A stretch of 64,000 nt of DNA from Chrysomallon squamiferum (taxonomy: Eukaryota > Animalia > Mollusca), in assembly GCA_012295275.1 (NCBI GenBank), contig CM022670.1:20708001-20772000 (forward strand), read 5' to 3'. The notes beneath the pieces are model-generated. The model made no database searches. It had not been told where the DNA came from and worked only from the letters and a program-made list of their open reading frames with translations. Positions 1-13,853 of the stretch are shown here, one piece after another; position 1 is the stretch's first letter, and every line of letters begins with the position of its first letter. The translations under genes were made by a program, and so were the position numbers.

Positions 1-206
1 CCTGTTTTTGTCTTTAACGAAGTAAAATACTGTTTCAGTATGGAATCCGTTGATGACTTCACATTATCTGGAGTGTTGATGCTGGCTGAAAACATGTCCC
101 AAGGAGAGTTCAGATCAGGCGAATGCCACATCCACATGACAAATAATGTTATTATCATTAACAAAAGCACAATTCGCCATTTTCCCCACACCAACGATTT
201 ATTCAT
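1..206 (-). CDS. 5' part of a type II membrane protein (Golgi transferase-like N-terminus), truncated by the window edge
   Basis: Hand translation from ATG at 206: MNKSLVWGKWRIVLLLMIITLFVMWMWHSPDLNSPWDMFSASINTPDNVKSSTDSILKQYFTSLKTK..., a short basic tail, one hydrophobic helix and a stem, open to the edge. Preceded by a strong acceptor (ccttttctttttcag, ~238-252). Not in the ORF track; the 40..294 + ORF is its antisense shadow. Confidence 0.7.
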   Translation of the reverse strand, partial: MNKSLVWGKWRIVLLLMIITLFVMWMWHSPDLNSPWDMFSASINTPDNVKSSTDSILKQYFTSLKTKT

Positions 207-2137
207 TTCAAACAAATTAAATTGTATTTTCTTCTATCTGAAAAAGAAAAGGAAAGAATATATATCATATATATACACACATCTAATACTTTAAAAAATG
301 GATATTTGAATTTTATTTCTCAGATTTTGTTACCAACAATACACATTTAACTGTTGCGTTATGTGAAGTGTAACTATTAGCTGGTGTTGCCGTTATAATA
401 ATTGTTTTAACTGGAGTGAAAGACGCGGTAGTGATAAATGACAAATTGACTCAATATTTGTTTAACGACACTCCAAAGTAACAATCTGCTGCTGGATGTC
501 ATTGTATGATCACAGTGTTGATACGTATAACAAAATGTATCAGTGTAAAAAGCTGCTTTATTATATTTTGACCTGTATATAATTAATAAAATCAAAATAA
601 GAACTATGATCGCCTATATCGCTTAAAATTTGTGATAAAAATTAGCTATAGTACTAACGAAAACAGCAGAACATCAGTGTATTCATTGAGCTATCGAAAA
701 ATTACAAATAAAACTAAATCGTAATATTTTGTACCTATTAAAATTATTCCTACCCTTTAAAATTACAAATCTATGTAGATATCTTAATAAGATATAAACT
801 AATGCAAAATAATTTGATTCATTGTCGTCAGTATATTAATTAATGTAAGGTTTCGTTTTCTTTTCCTGAAAATATTCAGAACATTTACAGGGTAGGAACA
901 ATAGATGGTTGTCCACGACTAACTGAATTTAGACAGACTCATACAGACAGATTCTGAAATTTACCTGATTGTAAACCTGTAACTCATTTTCAAGATATAG
1001 ACTTTCTTGATTATTTTGTTTTTCTGCTTAACCAGGAGAATATATAAACAAGTGTGCTATTATATGCAACATGATGATGATATAGCGATAAACTCAATGA
1101 GCACTAGTAAGGGAGTATCCTGTAAAGGATAGCACAAGACAGAAAAATACGTCAACGTTTTGACATATTTTTCTGTCTTGTGCCATCTTCGAAACATGCT
1201 GAGGTTCGGCCCAACAATGGGACAATTCGGCTACACAATGATACTGATAAAAATACATGAATTAAAAAAATCAGTTTTAGAAAAAAATCTCCGTTCTTTT
1301 TATTTCTTTTGAATATAGTAATCACGCACAGATATTTTCAAATAAATTATTTCACTACATTTGTATTTAAAGAAGATCATCACTTTAAAAAAGTTTAAAT
1401 ATTTTGCTTGATGAAAATAATAAATTAACATTAAACTGTCGTTGGAAATTGGGCTAAAAAGTGCATGAGCTGGTTTCTTTCTTTTCGTTTATTTTTAAAT
1501 TTGTATTTTGTTTTGCTTTGTTTGTTTGTTTGTTGTTGTTGTTTTAGTTACTTCAAATTTTAAAATGTTAAGTATAGAATTGGGCTTTTATGCAAAATTC
1601 AAAATACAAGAAATGAGATAACGCCTTAGGTCGTTTCTAATACCAGTATTTCAGACTGTGTCTTGAGTAATCTTGCTAAGTAAATTTTAGGTTTCGCTGT
1701 ATCATCATGTCGAGTTAGTACTCGCAGGCGTGAATAGCTTTAATAATAATAGGAAAAGATATTGTTATTTAAATGCTATTACGGCAATACTAATGATTCA
1801 GAAGCATATCGTGTTTTTTTTTTTTTGTTGTGTTTAACAAACTATTTAATGATATACTGGTTATACTTTCTTAAGAAAATTTGGATTATTATGTAATATG
1901 TTCTACATAAATTACCGAGAAAAACAACTAGAACGAGAACCAAATAAAATAAAAACAAAAATCCATGAAAATTTGAAAACAGCAGTACATACTATAATCT
2001 ATAAACAATAAATGTAAAATAAAAGAAAATAGAAATGTAAACAACAATTCAATCTTAATAAGAGTATTAAACATTACTTGAAAAGTCCAGTGCAATTTTA
2101 ATTGTGTTTCTATTGCTCTTCTGATATCCAGTTACAG

Positions 2138-3196
2138 TTACTTAATAATGCGAAAATTACCATAGTAAATATATCTAAATAATTCACCAACGGTATTATT
2201 TAACGTTTTTATCATTTCAGAATTGTAATTCAGCTTTCGAAACTTAAACCAGAAATGAATAATATAGTTGTTCTTTTTCCAGTCAAACTTTTCCCCGGTA
2301 CCATAAAGTTGGTTCATTCCTTTTTTGTCATAATTAGGACGACAGATAGATGATTTTTCTGTATGAATTAAATTTCTGTATTTGATAGCTAACTGGGCTG
2401 GAAGCCGAACCGAATGTTGGTTCCAGACTTTGTCATTAAACGTTGAGTAATTCGAATGCCATATCTTCATGAAGTCAGACCAAGGTGCAGCAATGAGCAC
2501 ACCATTGCACAAACCAACGTCACTTTCGTATCCCATTACCATTTCGTATTTCAGTAAAGGATCCAAATGTTTAACAACAATCAAATCAAAATCAAATTAC
2601 ATTCCTCCAAATTCTAGCACAGCTTCCAGGCGCATGACGTCAGAGATATGTTGCGGAACTTTTACCGGTCGACCATATATTTCTGTTGGAATATTTTTCT
2701 TAATTAGATATAGCTTTTGAACCTTTCGTCGCATTTCTTTAAAATATTATCCTTTTGGAATGCAATCAATCCATAAATATGTTCTGTCAGGTTCCAAAAA
2801 TTTCTGTGCTGCTAAAAATGCTATCATGTAATGAAACAGAAAAGGTTTCTGTTCCGGTTCAAGACAGGAAAGCCAGGTGAAGTGTACCAAATTTGTAACA
2901 ACTCGTCGATCGTGTTTTACAGTTTTGTTATAATTCACTTGTGATGGTAGCATTTGTTTAAAAGTACTGTTCCTGTGGTAGATATAATATTCCACAGATT
3001 TATTTTCTTTGCATATGTTTGGTTCCAAGCATAAATAATTATTTTATAGTTTTTTTCTTACATCTTGCTTAGAATCATGGATAATCACGAATACAGTTTT
3101 CTTTAAGAAATTTTCGAAATTTTGAAGAATTTTCTTTCACGTTACCGTTTTAGTGCCGTGCTAGAGTAAAAGAAAAATAATTTTTTTGAGTTTCAT
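2138..3196 (-). pseudogene. GT32-like (DXD sugar-binding) glycosyltransferase pseudogene, copy 1
   Basis: ORFs 2747..3028 and 2138..2584 are collinear with the intact 51158..52252 protein (VHFTWL, SDVMRLEAVLEFGGM, FRYIYYG). In-frame TAA at 2747-2749 and at 2597-2599 (GGM*FDFD, just before the DXD); N-terminus frameshifted after the ATG at ~3196. Confidence 0.88.
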
Positions 3197-3842
3197 ATCC
3201 TCACATTATATTATAATAAAAATTTATTTTTATCTTTTCGAAACAACGTAGTAAATAGTAGATTTTAAAAATAATTATTTCTAACAATACGGAAGAAAAA
3301 AGGTCTGATTTTTTAGACCATAGGAAACAATATCTTTGTCAACGTAGTTTCCATTCGTCTGTCAACAACAGGACATATATATATATATATATATATATTC
3401 TAGAAATATTTATGTAATATATCACAGGAAAATGGTGTAAAACTGGTTCAGCTTAGTATATCACTGATTAACTTTCCCAATCTTCTTATTAGAAATATAT
3501 ATTATTATAATTAATGTAAAAAAAGTGAATCTTAGGTTTACTGGATGTTATTATATTTTAATTATGTCCAAAATACGCATGTTCAAATGAATACAAAACA
3601 TAATAATTATGTTAACGCTTGTTACCTGATTCATCCTAGAATGTTTTGAATACATATTGATGTAAAAGCCAGATCACAATACTAATGCAGTTTTTGCTCA
3701 AAATTCCGAACACAACCTTTTTCAATGACAAATTTTAAACAGGTCACTTTAAACTTGTTACAAATATGAATATGTTAAAAAATAAATTATAGATACAGAC
3801 TAACAGATGGAATTTAAATTAATTATTCTGAATATCCTAGAG

Positions 3843-4186
3843 ATGGGGTGCGCAACCTGCGGCCGTGGGAAGGATGTCGCCTCATCACATTTAACATCTC
3901 ATTTGAAATATAACGAGGCTGCGTCTCAGTATAAACATTAATACATCAGCAATTTCTTCTGTTTCGTATACAACAAGGTATCCATTATTCATTTTTAGAT
4001 CCGAGGGTTTTAAAGGTGTTATTTAATAAAAGTAATAAATAGTATTAAGTCACAGTGATCCATTGTTAGAAAATTATACAAAATCATATATGTTACGCTT
4101 TTAATTTTAATGACATTTGTGCGGCCATACTGGCAGTGACGCTAAAGCTTTGCGGCCTATAAGATCAGAAAGTTTGCGTATCCCTG
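3843..4186. mobile_element. Non-autonomous hAT-like MITE remnant
   Basis: Imperfect terminal inverted repeats (ggggtgcgcaacct ... agtttgcgtatccctg) with subterminal GCGGCC motifs typical of hAT/Charlie-type elements. GC island in AT-rich DNA. Confidence 0.6.
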
Positions 4187-5020
4187 TTCTGGTAAATCAA
4201 TACCTTTAATACTTAATTAAGAAACAATTTACTCAGAAACCCTGTGTGTATGTGGGTTGTCTGTTTTTTGTAAAAAATATGTGACGTTGAAAATTGTTTT
4301 TCATCATTATCTCATCAAGCGAATATTATAAATGTGTATTTACAAAACATTATTCCTGCTGACGAAAATCAGTAATATATTATGAAAACTTGTTTACAGG
4401 AACGTTATCTGACCATATGTCAGTCTTTCTGCTCTTAACATTATTTTACTCACCCTTTCCTTAACAGTTACCAGTATCCGTTTCCTCTCTTGATTATATC
4501 TCCTTATCGAAATATTATTTTAACTTGATTATGTTCTGTTTTCTTGACAATTTTATTGCCTTCGATATGCCCACTTTTAATAAAAAGACTATTAGTTAAG
4601 GTACAACATGTGATTTTTGTTCTTGAGACGTTATATCATTTTCGTATTATAATGGATAGAGTGTAACTAAACACCTAACACCTATATAACAGCAATCGAG
4701 TGATGCGGCTGGTTTTCTATATTTTTTTTACATTCTCGCATGCGCAGTTACTTTCTTGTGTATCTACTTAGAATAATGTTGACAATTGTTTACAATGCGA
4801 GAGGTTTTTTAATTTGATTATTTTTAGGACATAATGATCAGCATTCTTGATTAATGAAATAATACTGTTACAAATCATTTGAACGTTGGCATTTTAACTC
4901 TTCACAAGTAGTTGTGACCTCATAGCAGAACCTGTATTATTATAAGAGTGACAATCGATAATCAATTTTGATGTAAGTAACATGGTGAGATAAGTATTTT
5001 GGGGGATGATCTGACATGGA

Positions 5021-5071
<51 letters not shown>

Positions 5072-5134
5072 TCATTATGTTTTTCTTTCTCTTTAGATTT
5101 AATAATAAACTTATTAACAACAAAATTAAAAATG

Positions 5135-5510
5135 TCAGTTTGGTGAGATCACAGAATTTGAATATGTTGTTGTCAAGGTTTCTAGCAAATCCCACGTTGT
5201 GCATGGCGCTGCTCGGGATGATCTGATTTTAGATGATAAACATGAAAGTACTGTGCTTCAGAAATTTATGAAAGTTATGGAGCGGAATGATCAAAGGGTG
5301 GTTTTTGTTCCAAATGAGGATGATACAGCTTCATTTACTGTGGAGGACATTTTGCAAGTTTCTTCTTAATCTAGCATTCTAAACAGGCAGGAAATCTGGT
5401 ATATTACCTAACTCATTACGCTGTATGAAGTAACACTCCTAGCAAGGTTAAAAAGAACAACTCATGCAAATGTGGTTACGCCTTGTTCTCCATTTACACT
5501 ATTCATGATA
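5135..5510 (+). mobile_element. Probable DNA-transposon coding remnant
   Basis: ATG-less frame ~5140-5370 reads GEITEFEYVVVKVSSKSHVVHGAAR...FVPNEDDTASFTVEDILQVSS*. From memory this resembles the beta-rich C-terminal domain of pogo/DDE transposase-associated proteins; not verified by search. Confidence 0.35.
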
Positions 5511-8500
5511 AATGTGAAGCTATTCATCCTGGATTTTGATTTTCATAACTGAAAAGCGTATGAACTAAGGTGCCTCTCCCCTACTCAAAACATTTACAAG
5601 TTTTGTGATATGAATGTAAATGGATTGGAAGGTGAAGATCACCTAGATGAATAAGATTTAAGAAAATATTTTGAGAAAGTATTTCTGAATACCTGTTTCT
5701 TGCTCTTGTTCTTACTTCTATTGCTGCTGTTTTTGTTACTGTTGTTAATTATTTTATCTATTTTGTGATGACCAGCAGCAATGTTTGCAATTTACTATTA
5801 TTATTATTATTATTATAAAGTAAGAGATTTGGTTATTCTGTCGATACATTTTTTTTCTGTCCTATTGTTACGTTATGAAGGCTGAATAAAAAATTTAGAA
5901 ATTTTAATTTTTATAAATATATAACACATATAAAAAGAAAAGAAGAAAGAAAAAATAAAGACACAAAGAGAAAACTACCACTAAATTTAAATTTGGTTGC
6001 AATGTACTGACTGAAAATTAAAAATATATTAATATTAATAATACTTATATCTTGCTTCTACTAATTATGAAGACGATAATGAAAATGATGATGTAAATAA
6101 TAATCCTTACACTGCTAGTGCTAATACTACTTTTATTACTACTATTACTAATTATTTTACTACTAAAATACTATTTACTGATGATAATAATAATGAAGAT
6201 GATAAAGAGAATGGTGATAATGATGATACTAAAAATAATAACATTAATAAAAACAATAATAAAATTATAACTGTATGCTCTTGAAATATTCTGTATTAAG
6301 ATTACATGCGAAAAGTAGAAATGATATTAACAGCAGAAAGACCACTGAAAATGAGAAATAATTGTTTGAATTATGATAATAATTAAATATAATTAGCCTA
6401 GTGGGTCAAACTGGGAGAAGGTCTGAAACTTAGTGAAGGGTTAATGTTTTTATGAAATGTTTATCGCGTAACACGATCTATCCCGATTTGAATTGTTGAA
6501 TTGCTCTATATTAATTTTCAGTTGTAACAGCAGTGTCTTTACACATGAGTCAGCTTGATGACGACATCCTAACCACCGAATTTTCAAACTTCAACGAAAG
6601 AGGCATCATGTTTGAGAAAAACTGTAAAACTTTGACACTGCTGAGTAAGAAATAAGGTATTCTGAAAAAACCTATGCAACAATATAATTTCAGTGACATC
6701 AGGCTAATATACATCACGATATTATTTAGTGTATACAGTATTATTTTATAATCAGAAAAATCATGTAAATAGTTTGATGTTAAAAAGTTGATAATAACAG
6801 GAACATGTTCTATGTTGTTGATCGTTCATTTTCTGTCGTTTCATTTGTCACCCATTCCATGCTCTCAGTCTCACGTATTACTATTATCCATTCATGACGT
6901 TGCCAGTTTTACGTTGTAATTAGTGGTTGTAGCACTGGGGACGTGGGGCTGTGAATTGTTTTTCACCATGTTATCAGCATTATATTTAAAGTTTTCTTCT
7001 TGTGCTTTTCATTGATATTAACATTATTCTGTATGAATATTCAACTCTGATCAGTTCATCAAGATATCTGTTTTAGTAGGTAATTTAAATATGTTATTTC
7101 TGTTTCTTAATTATCTTTTATATCCCTAACAGCTTCTATCGTCAAACACAAAGTTATTAGCTAATTTAGTTAACAAAATTTGTATTTGATGGATTTAATA
7201 GTCGTCTAATTGTTTTAGTAGATAATTTAAATGTGATGTTTCTGTTTGTCCATTGTGTTCCTATAAGCTTCTATCTTCAAATACATAATTACATGTTTGA
7301 ACAAAAATATCATATTACATATGTGAATAACACATGAAAAATAAATCATATGATACAGTCATTGAGTGTGTACTCCATAATTTTGAATTTTTTTATAGGT
7401 TATTGTTAATAAGTTTCAGTAATATCTAAAGCTATATCATTATTATATACCTGAATGACCTATCCGGGCTATTAATAATGAATACCTGCAACATCTCTAT
7501 TTCTTTTCTATGTTTAGTTCCTCTGTAATTTAGATATTAATTACTGTAATTATTTTCTAAATATTCGCGAGTTACTGAACTTAGGGCTCTATCGCCACAG
7601 CTTATTTTCCTTATAACATTATTGATAGTCGTCTAATTTTTTTTAGTACATAATTTAAATATGATGTTTCTGTTTGTCCATTGTATTCCTATAAGCTTCT
7701 ATCTTCAAATACATAATTACATGTTTGAACAAAAATATCATTTTAAATATGTGAATAACACATGAACATAAATCATATGATACAGTCACTGAGTTTGTAT
7801 TCCACAATTTTGATTTTTTTTTTATAGGTTATCGTTAATAAGTTTCAGTAATATCTAAAGGTATATCATTATTATATACCTGAAAGACCTATCCGGGTTA
7901 TTAATAATGAATTCCTGAGGCAATCAAATATTGAAAAGAAAAACAAAAACCAAAAAAAAAAAAACACCACCAAAAAACCCAGACACACACACAGACACAG
8001 ACACAAACACACAAAATCTGAACTAGTAGCTATTTTCAACATGATCATCATCATCATCATCATATTATTATTATGATTATTATTATTATTATTATTATTA
8101 TTAAAAAGTACGTAGACAATGGCTACTTTAATATTTCACTGAAAGTTTTGAAAAATAATTGACAATATATTTATAAAATGGATAATTGCGGATGGACGTT
8201 TGAGTTAGTATCCATAGTGTAGTGTAATCTTCAGTTTAGGTAAATATTATGTAAATATTATTCTACAATTTGTTTTTCTCAAAATGTCAGATAAAACCTT
8301 CTGAGGTGACTTTCGCTTGAGAATCTTTTCAGATCAACACATTTTACTTGTCATCGTTTAAAATTGAAAAAATAAAATAAAATAAAATAAAATAAAATAA
8401 AAAATACAAAAAAATCCCGCTGTTCATTCAAATATCCTTATAACGTTATTAAAACACTGAATATATTTGAAACACAATTCCATAATGATAAAATTTGAAG

Positions 8501-8747
8501 AAAATATTTGAAGAGAGATAGAGAGAAAAAAAAAAAAAAGAAAGAAAGAAAACAGACCTGAACGGGAAACCTAATATGAAAGAATTAAATTCACTTGTCC
8601 TCGTTTTATTTTGAAACGTGAAAATAAATTCCTTTTCTCCAGCTGAATTTAATCTAGTGTCTTGATATCAAACGTGATTTTACCAGTATTCGTTTTCATC
8701 CTGATCTGTAAGGTTTGTTCAGTTCAAGAAGAATATACGATGATTAA

Positions 8748-8895
<148 letters not shown>

Positions 8896-10280
8896 ACATG
8901 GAAAGAGAGACATTTGGAGTCATCTCACCGAATATTATGCATATACACATGTGCACTCATAATATATGGTCCACAAAATCTTTATTATAGAAATAAAATA
9001 CAAAATACTAGAAAGGAGAAAACGCCTTCGGTCGTTTGTAATACCAGGATTTCAGATTGTCTTAAGTAATCTTGTTAAGTAAATTTTAGGTTTCGCTCTA
9101 TCATTATGACAAATACTGGGAGGCTTGTATAGATTTAATATTAATAGAAACAGATATTATTAAACTGCCATTACAGTAAGAATAAAAATTCAAAAGCATA
9201 TTTTGTGGGTTTTGTTGTGCTGTTTTTTTTACAGGGCGTCTAGTGCAATCGCATTTGACGCGTCTTGTGACTAAATTTGCAACTCCCAAGAGGCGTAACA
9301 ATCACCCCAAAATAGCATCTGTACATACAGACCTATTTTATATACGTAACAAACATCTTTATATTTTAGATACAAACAGTTTTATGCCACAGAATTGCTC
9401 TCACCACATTAGTGAATATATGGGGGATATTAAATATGTTTATCTATCAGGGTAAAATAGCACATTTCAGTAACAATTTGAAGATCCTAGTATATCAAAA
9501 TAATGTGCTGTACAGCAGTACGTTGACGTAACAATAATACTTTCGTGGTATAAATGCTTTTAATTACTGTTGCTCAGTGATGACCTCAGATTCTCACTAT
9601 TCTCATCCCCTGTTGTAGAGGTAACAGCCTACAGGCTACTTTGATCGGAATGATCTCAGATTACCAGCTATTCTCACTAACGTTTAGAGATAATAGGCTA
9701 CAGTTTACTTTTTTCGGTCTGATCTCAGATTACCAGCTATTCTCCAAAATAATGGTTATACTATTTTTTTTATATATATATATATATATATTTAGTTTAA
9801 TTGAAATTTTCTAGAAAGCAACATCAAACTACCTTTCAGTCACTTAAACAGAGCCGTAAAAACTTAAAGTAAAGATTCAGAAGCATATTGTGTGTATTTC
9901 ACAGATCTATTTCATATATGTTTCAAACAAATATACAATTTAGATACACCCTGAATCAATAATGTAAAGAAAATGTCCTGATCACGTTTTATATTTTACT
10001 TTATACAACATCGCGTATAATTATGGTGAAGGTCAAGAAATATATTTAAAGAAGAAAGTTTTTGTTTTCAGTTTAAAAAAAATCATCTTTTAGATGTTAA
10101 CAAGATAATAAATTAAACAAGGAAAACAACTCTCATTTCCTTAAATATTAGAGTAAGCTTTAACGCCGATTATCTACCTTTTATTAACTTTTTTTTATCA
10201 TTTATCATTAACATTTTATTACTTTTAAAATAAGCAAAAGCATATCTAGAAGAAATAATGAAAGAAAGAAAATTTGTTAT

Positions 10281-10314
<34 letters not shown>

Positions 10315-10897
10315 TGATGATGATCATGATGATGATAATATTACTATGAGCATCTGTGAGAAATTAAAAAATTGACATTCCTTAAAACACGTGTTCTGAC
10401 TGACATATTTTAAGTATCATGAAATAAAAATGTTCGATAATAAGTTACATAGTTGTAAATAACAAAACTCTCATGTGTATGCTCTAAGGTAATAAGCCCA
10501 TGTATAAAAATTATTTTAGCAATAGTGTTACAATTTTATTAATATTCTTAACATCAGCGACCATTTCTCCTCACAAAACTTGTTATCTTGTCATTATTAA
10601 TTTAATTATTGGCTGCTGTATGCAAATAAACCATTAACCAAGAACGAGAACCAAATAAAATAAAAACAAATATCAAAGAAAATTTGAATACAACAGTCCA
10701 TGGAAAGCATTATTCCAGTAAAAAAGATCATTAATAAAACGTTTAAAACAATGGTATATACTATAATCTAAAGAAATAAATGAAATGAAATAAAAATGAA
10801 ATCAACAATTACATCTTACTAAGAGTGTGAAACATTACTTGAAATGACGAATGCAGTTTTAATTGTCTTTCTTTGCTCTTCTGATACCCAATTACAG

Positions 10898-11492
10898 TTA
10901 CTTAATGCGAGAATAACCATAGTAAATATATCTAAATATGTCACCAACGGTATTATATAATGTTTTTATCATTTCCGAACTGCAATTCAGCTTTCGAAAC
11001 TTAAACCACAAACGTTTCCTCGATGCATAAAGTTGATTCATTCCTTTTATGTCATAATTAGGTCAATGATTTCTCTGTATGAATTAAATTTCTGTATTTG
11101 ATAGCTAACTGGACTGGAAGCTGAACCGAATGTTGGTTCCAGACTTTGTCATTAAACGTTGAGTAATTCGAATGCCATAGCTTAATGAAGTCAGACCAAG
11201 CTGCGTCTATGAGCACACCATTACAGAAACCAGCGAGCATAATTCTTTGGAATTTCTTTCTTAATGAGATAGAGATCATGAATCTTTTGTCGCATTTCTT
11301 TAAAGTATTTTCATTTTGGAATGTAATCAATCCATACAAATATTCGGTCAGGTTGCAAACGTTTCTGTTCTGCTAAAAATGCTATCGTGTAATGGAACAG
11401 AAAAGGTTTGTGTTTAGTACCAAGACAGTTTAGAATTTGTTTAAAAGTATTATTCCTGTGGTAGATATAATATTCAACAGATTTATTTTCTT
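10898..11492 (-). pseudogene. GT32-like glycosyltransferase pseudogene, copy 2 (heavily deleted)
   Basis: Homologous to copy 1 (CNGVLI..WSDFIKLWHSNYSTFNDKVWNQHSV) but with several internal deletions, including the whole GGxYxDxD segment, plus frameshifts. Confidence 0.85.
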
Positions 11493-13421
11493 ACCTCGTC
11501 TGTCAAACTGGGAACAGTTATTTAACTTAGTGAAGGGTTAATGTTTTTATGAAATGTTTACCGCGTAACACGACCTTTCCCGATTTGAACTGTTGAATTG
11601 ATGTATATTAATTTTCAGTTGTAACAGCTGTGTCTTCACACATGAGTAAGCTTGATGACGACATCCTAACCACCGAATTTTCAAACTTCAACGAAAGAGG
11701 CATCATGTTTGAGAAAAACTGTAAAACTTTGACATCCTGAACCTGAAAAACCTTGCAACAATTTTTCAACATCAGGCCAACGATAATTTAGTGTATACAG
11801 GAAAAATCATGTAAATAGTTTTATATTAAAAAGTTGATAATAACAGGAACATGTTCTATGTTGTTGATCGTTCATTTTCTGTCGTTTCATTTGACACCCA
11901 TTCCATGCTCTCAGTCTCACGTATTACTATTATCCATTCATGACGTTGCCAGTTTTACGTTGTAATTAGTGGTTGTAGCACTGGGGACGTGGGGCTGTGA
12001 ATTGTTTTTCACCATGTTATCAGCATTATATTTAAAGTTTTCTTCTTGTGCTTTTCATTGATATTAACATTATTCTGTATGAATATTCAAATCTGATCAG
12101 TTAATCAAGATATCTATTTTAGTAGGTAATTTAAATATGTTATTTCTCTTTCTTAATTATCTTTTATATCCCTAAAAGCTTCTATCGTCAAACACAAAGT
12201 TATTAGCTAATTTAGTGAACAAAATTTGTATTTGATGGATTTAATAGTCGTCTAATTTTTTTTAGTAGATAATTTAAATATGATGTTTCTGTTTGTCCAT
12301 TGTGTTCCTATAAGCTTCTATCTTCAAATACATAATTACATGTTTGAACAAAAATATCATATTAAATATGTGAATAACACATGAAAAATAAATCATATGA
12401 TACAGTCATTGAGTTTGTATTCCATAATTTTGATTTTTTTTTTATAGGTTATCGTTAATAAGTTTCAGTAATATCTAAAGGTATATCATTATTATATACC
12501 TGAATGATCTATCCGGTTTATCAACAATGCATACCTGCAATATCTCTATTTCTTTTCTTTGTTTAGCTCCTCTGTAATTTAGATATTAATTACTGTAATT
12601 ATTTTGTAAATATTTGTGAGTTTTGAACTTAGGGCTCCATCGCCACAACTTATTTTCCTGAGGCAATCAAATATTGAAAAGAGAAACAAAAAAACAAACA
12701 AAAAAAACCCCAAAAAACCAACAACACATAAACACACACACACATAGTATCTATCTCATCTCGAAATCAAAATCTGAACTAGTAGCTATTTTCATCAACA
12801 TCATCATCATCATCATGATCATCATCATATTATTATTATTATTATTATTACTTTTGTTATTATTATTATTATTAAAAAGTACGTAGACAATGGCTGCTTT
12901 AATATTTCACTGAAAACTTTGAAAAATAACTGACAATATATTTATAAAAAGGATAATTGCGGATGGACGTTTGTGTTAGTATCCATAGTGTAGTGTAATC
13001 TTCAATTTAGGTAAATATTATGTAAATATTGTTCTACGATTTGTTTTTCTCAAAAGGTCAGATAAAACCTTCTAAGATCACTTTCGCTTGACAATCTTTT
13101 CAAATCAACACATTTTACTTTTCTTTATCTTATAACTTTATTAAAACACTGATTGTGTTTGTAACAGAATACAATAACGATAAAATTTTAAGAAAAAAAT
13201 GTGAAGAGAGAAAACGAAAAAGAATTGAGAGAAAAAAAAAAAAAAAAAAAGAGACCTGAAAGGGAAACGTAATATAAAAATATTAAGTTCCATTGTACTT
13301 ATTTTATTTTGAAACGTGAAAATAAATTCCTTTTCTCCAGCTGACTGGAAGAACATTAATACGAAAAGCTACATTATACATTAGAATGAAAAATCAATTG
13401 CTTTGCAAGCCACTGTGCAAT

Positions 13422-13503
<82 letters not shown>

Positions 13504-13710
13504 GTTATCTCATGCGCACTCATATTATACAAGGTCCATATACACATATATATTCATAATAAAGTACGTGATGTTCAGATTAGTTATGAAATAAAGCAGT
13601 TAAACTAACCATACAAAATGTTGTTCTTAATTTGTATTTCCATATATATATATTCTTTATTTATTGCTTACTTAGACATGTTTCAAGACTTAGTCCATAA
13701 AATACATCAA

Positions 13711-13853
13711 ATTATCTGGAGTGTTCATTCTGGCTGAAAACATATCCCAAGGAGAGTTCAAATCAGGCGAAAGCCACATCCACATAACAAATGATGTTAT
13801 TATCTTTAACAAAAACAGAATTCGCCATTTTCCTCACACAACGATTTATTCAT
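13711..13853 (-). pseudogene. Truncated, frameshifted duplicate of the 1..206 coding exon
   Basis: 13711-15350 duplicates 63-1455 with indels. ATG at 13853 is followed by a 1-nt deletion (ttg tgt gag vs ttg gtg tgg), and homology stops at 13711. Confidence 0.75.

Noticed and set aside
40-294. 84-aa plus-strand ORF, and similar shadows at 2469..2720, 11185..11376, 51688..51981
   Set aside because: Antisense to real or pseudogenised coding sequence on the other strand.
2597-2749. Stop-codon readthrough or recoding in GT copy 1
   Set aside because: Both stops are TAA and the N-terminus is also frameshifted; ordinary pseudogenisation is simpler.
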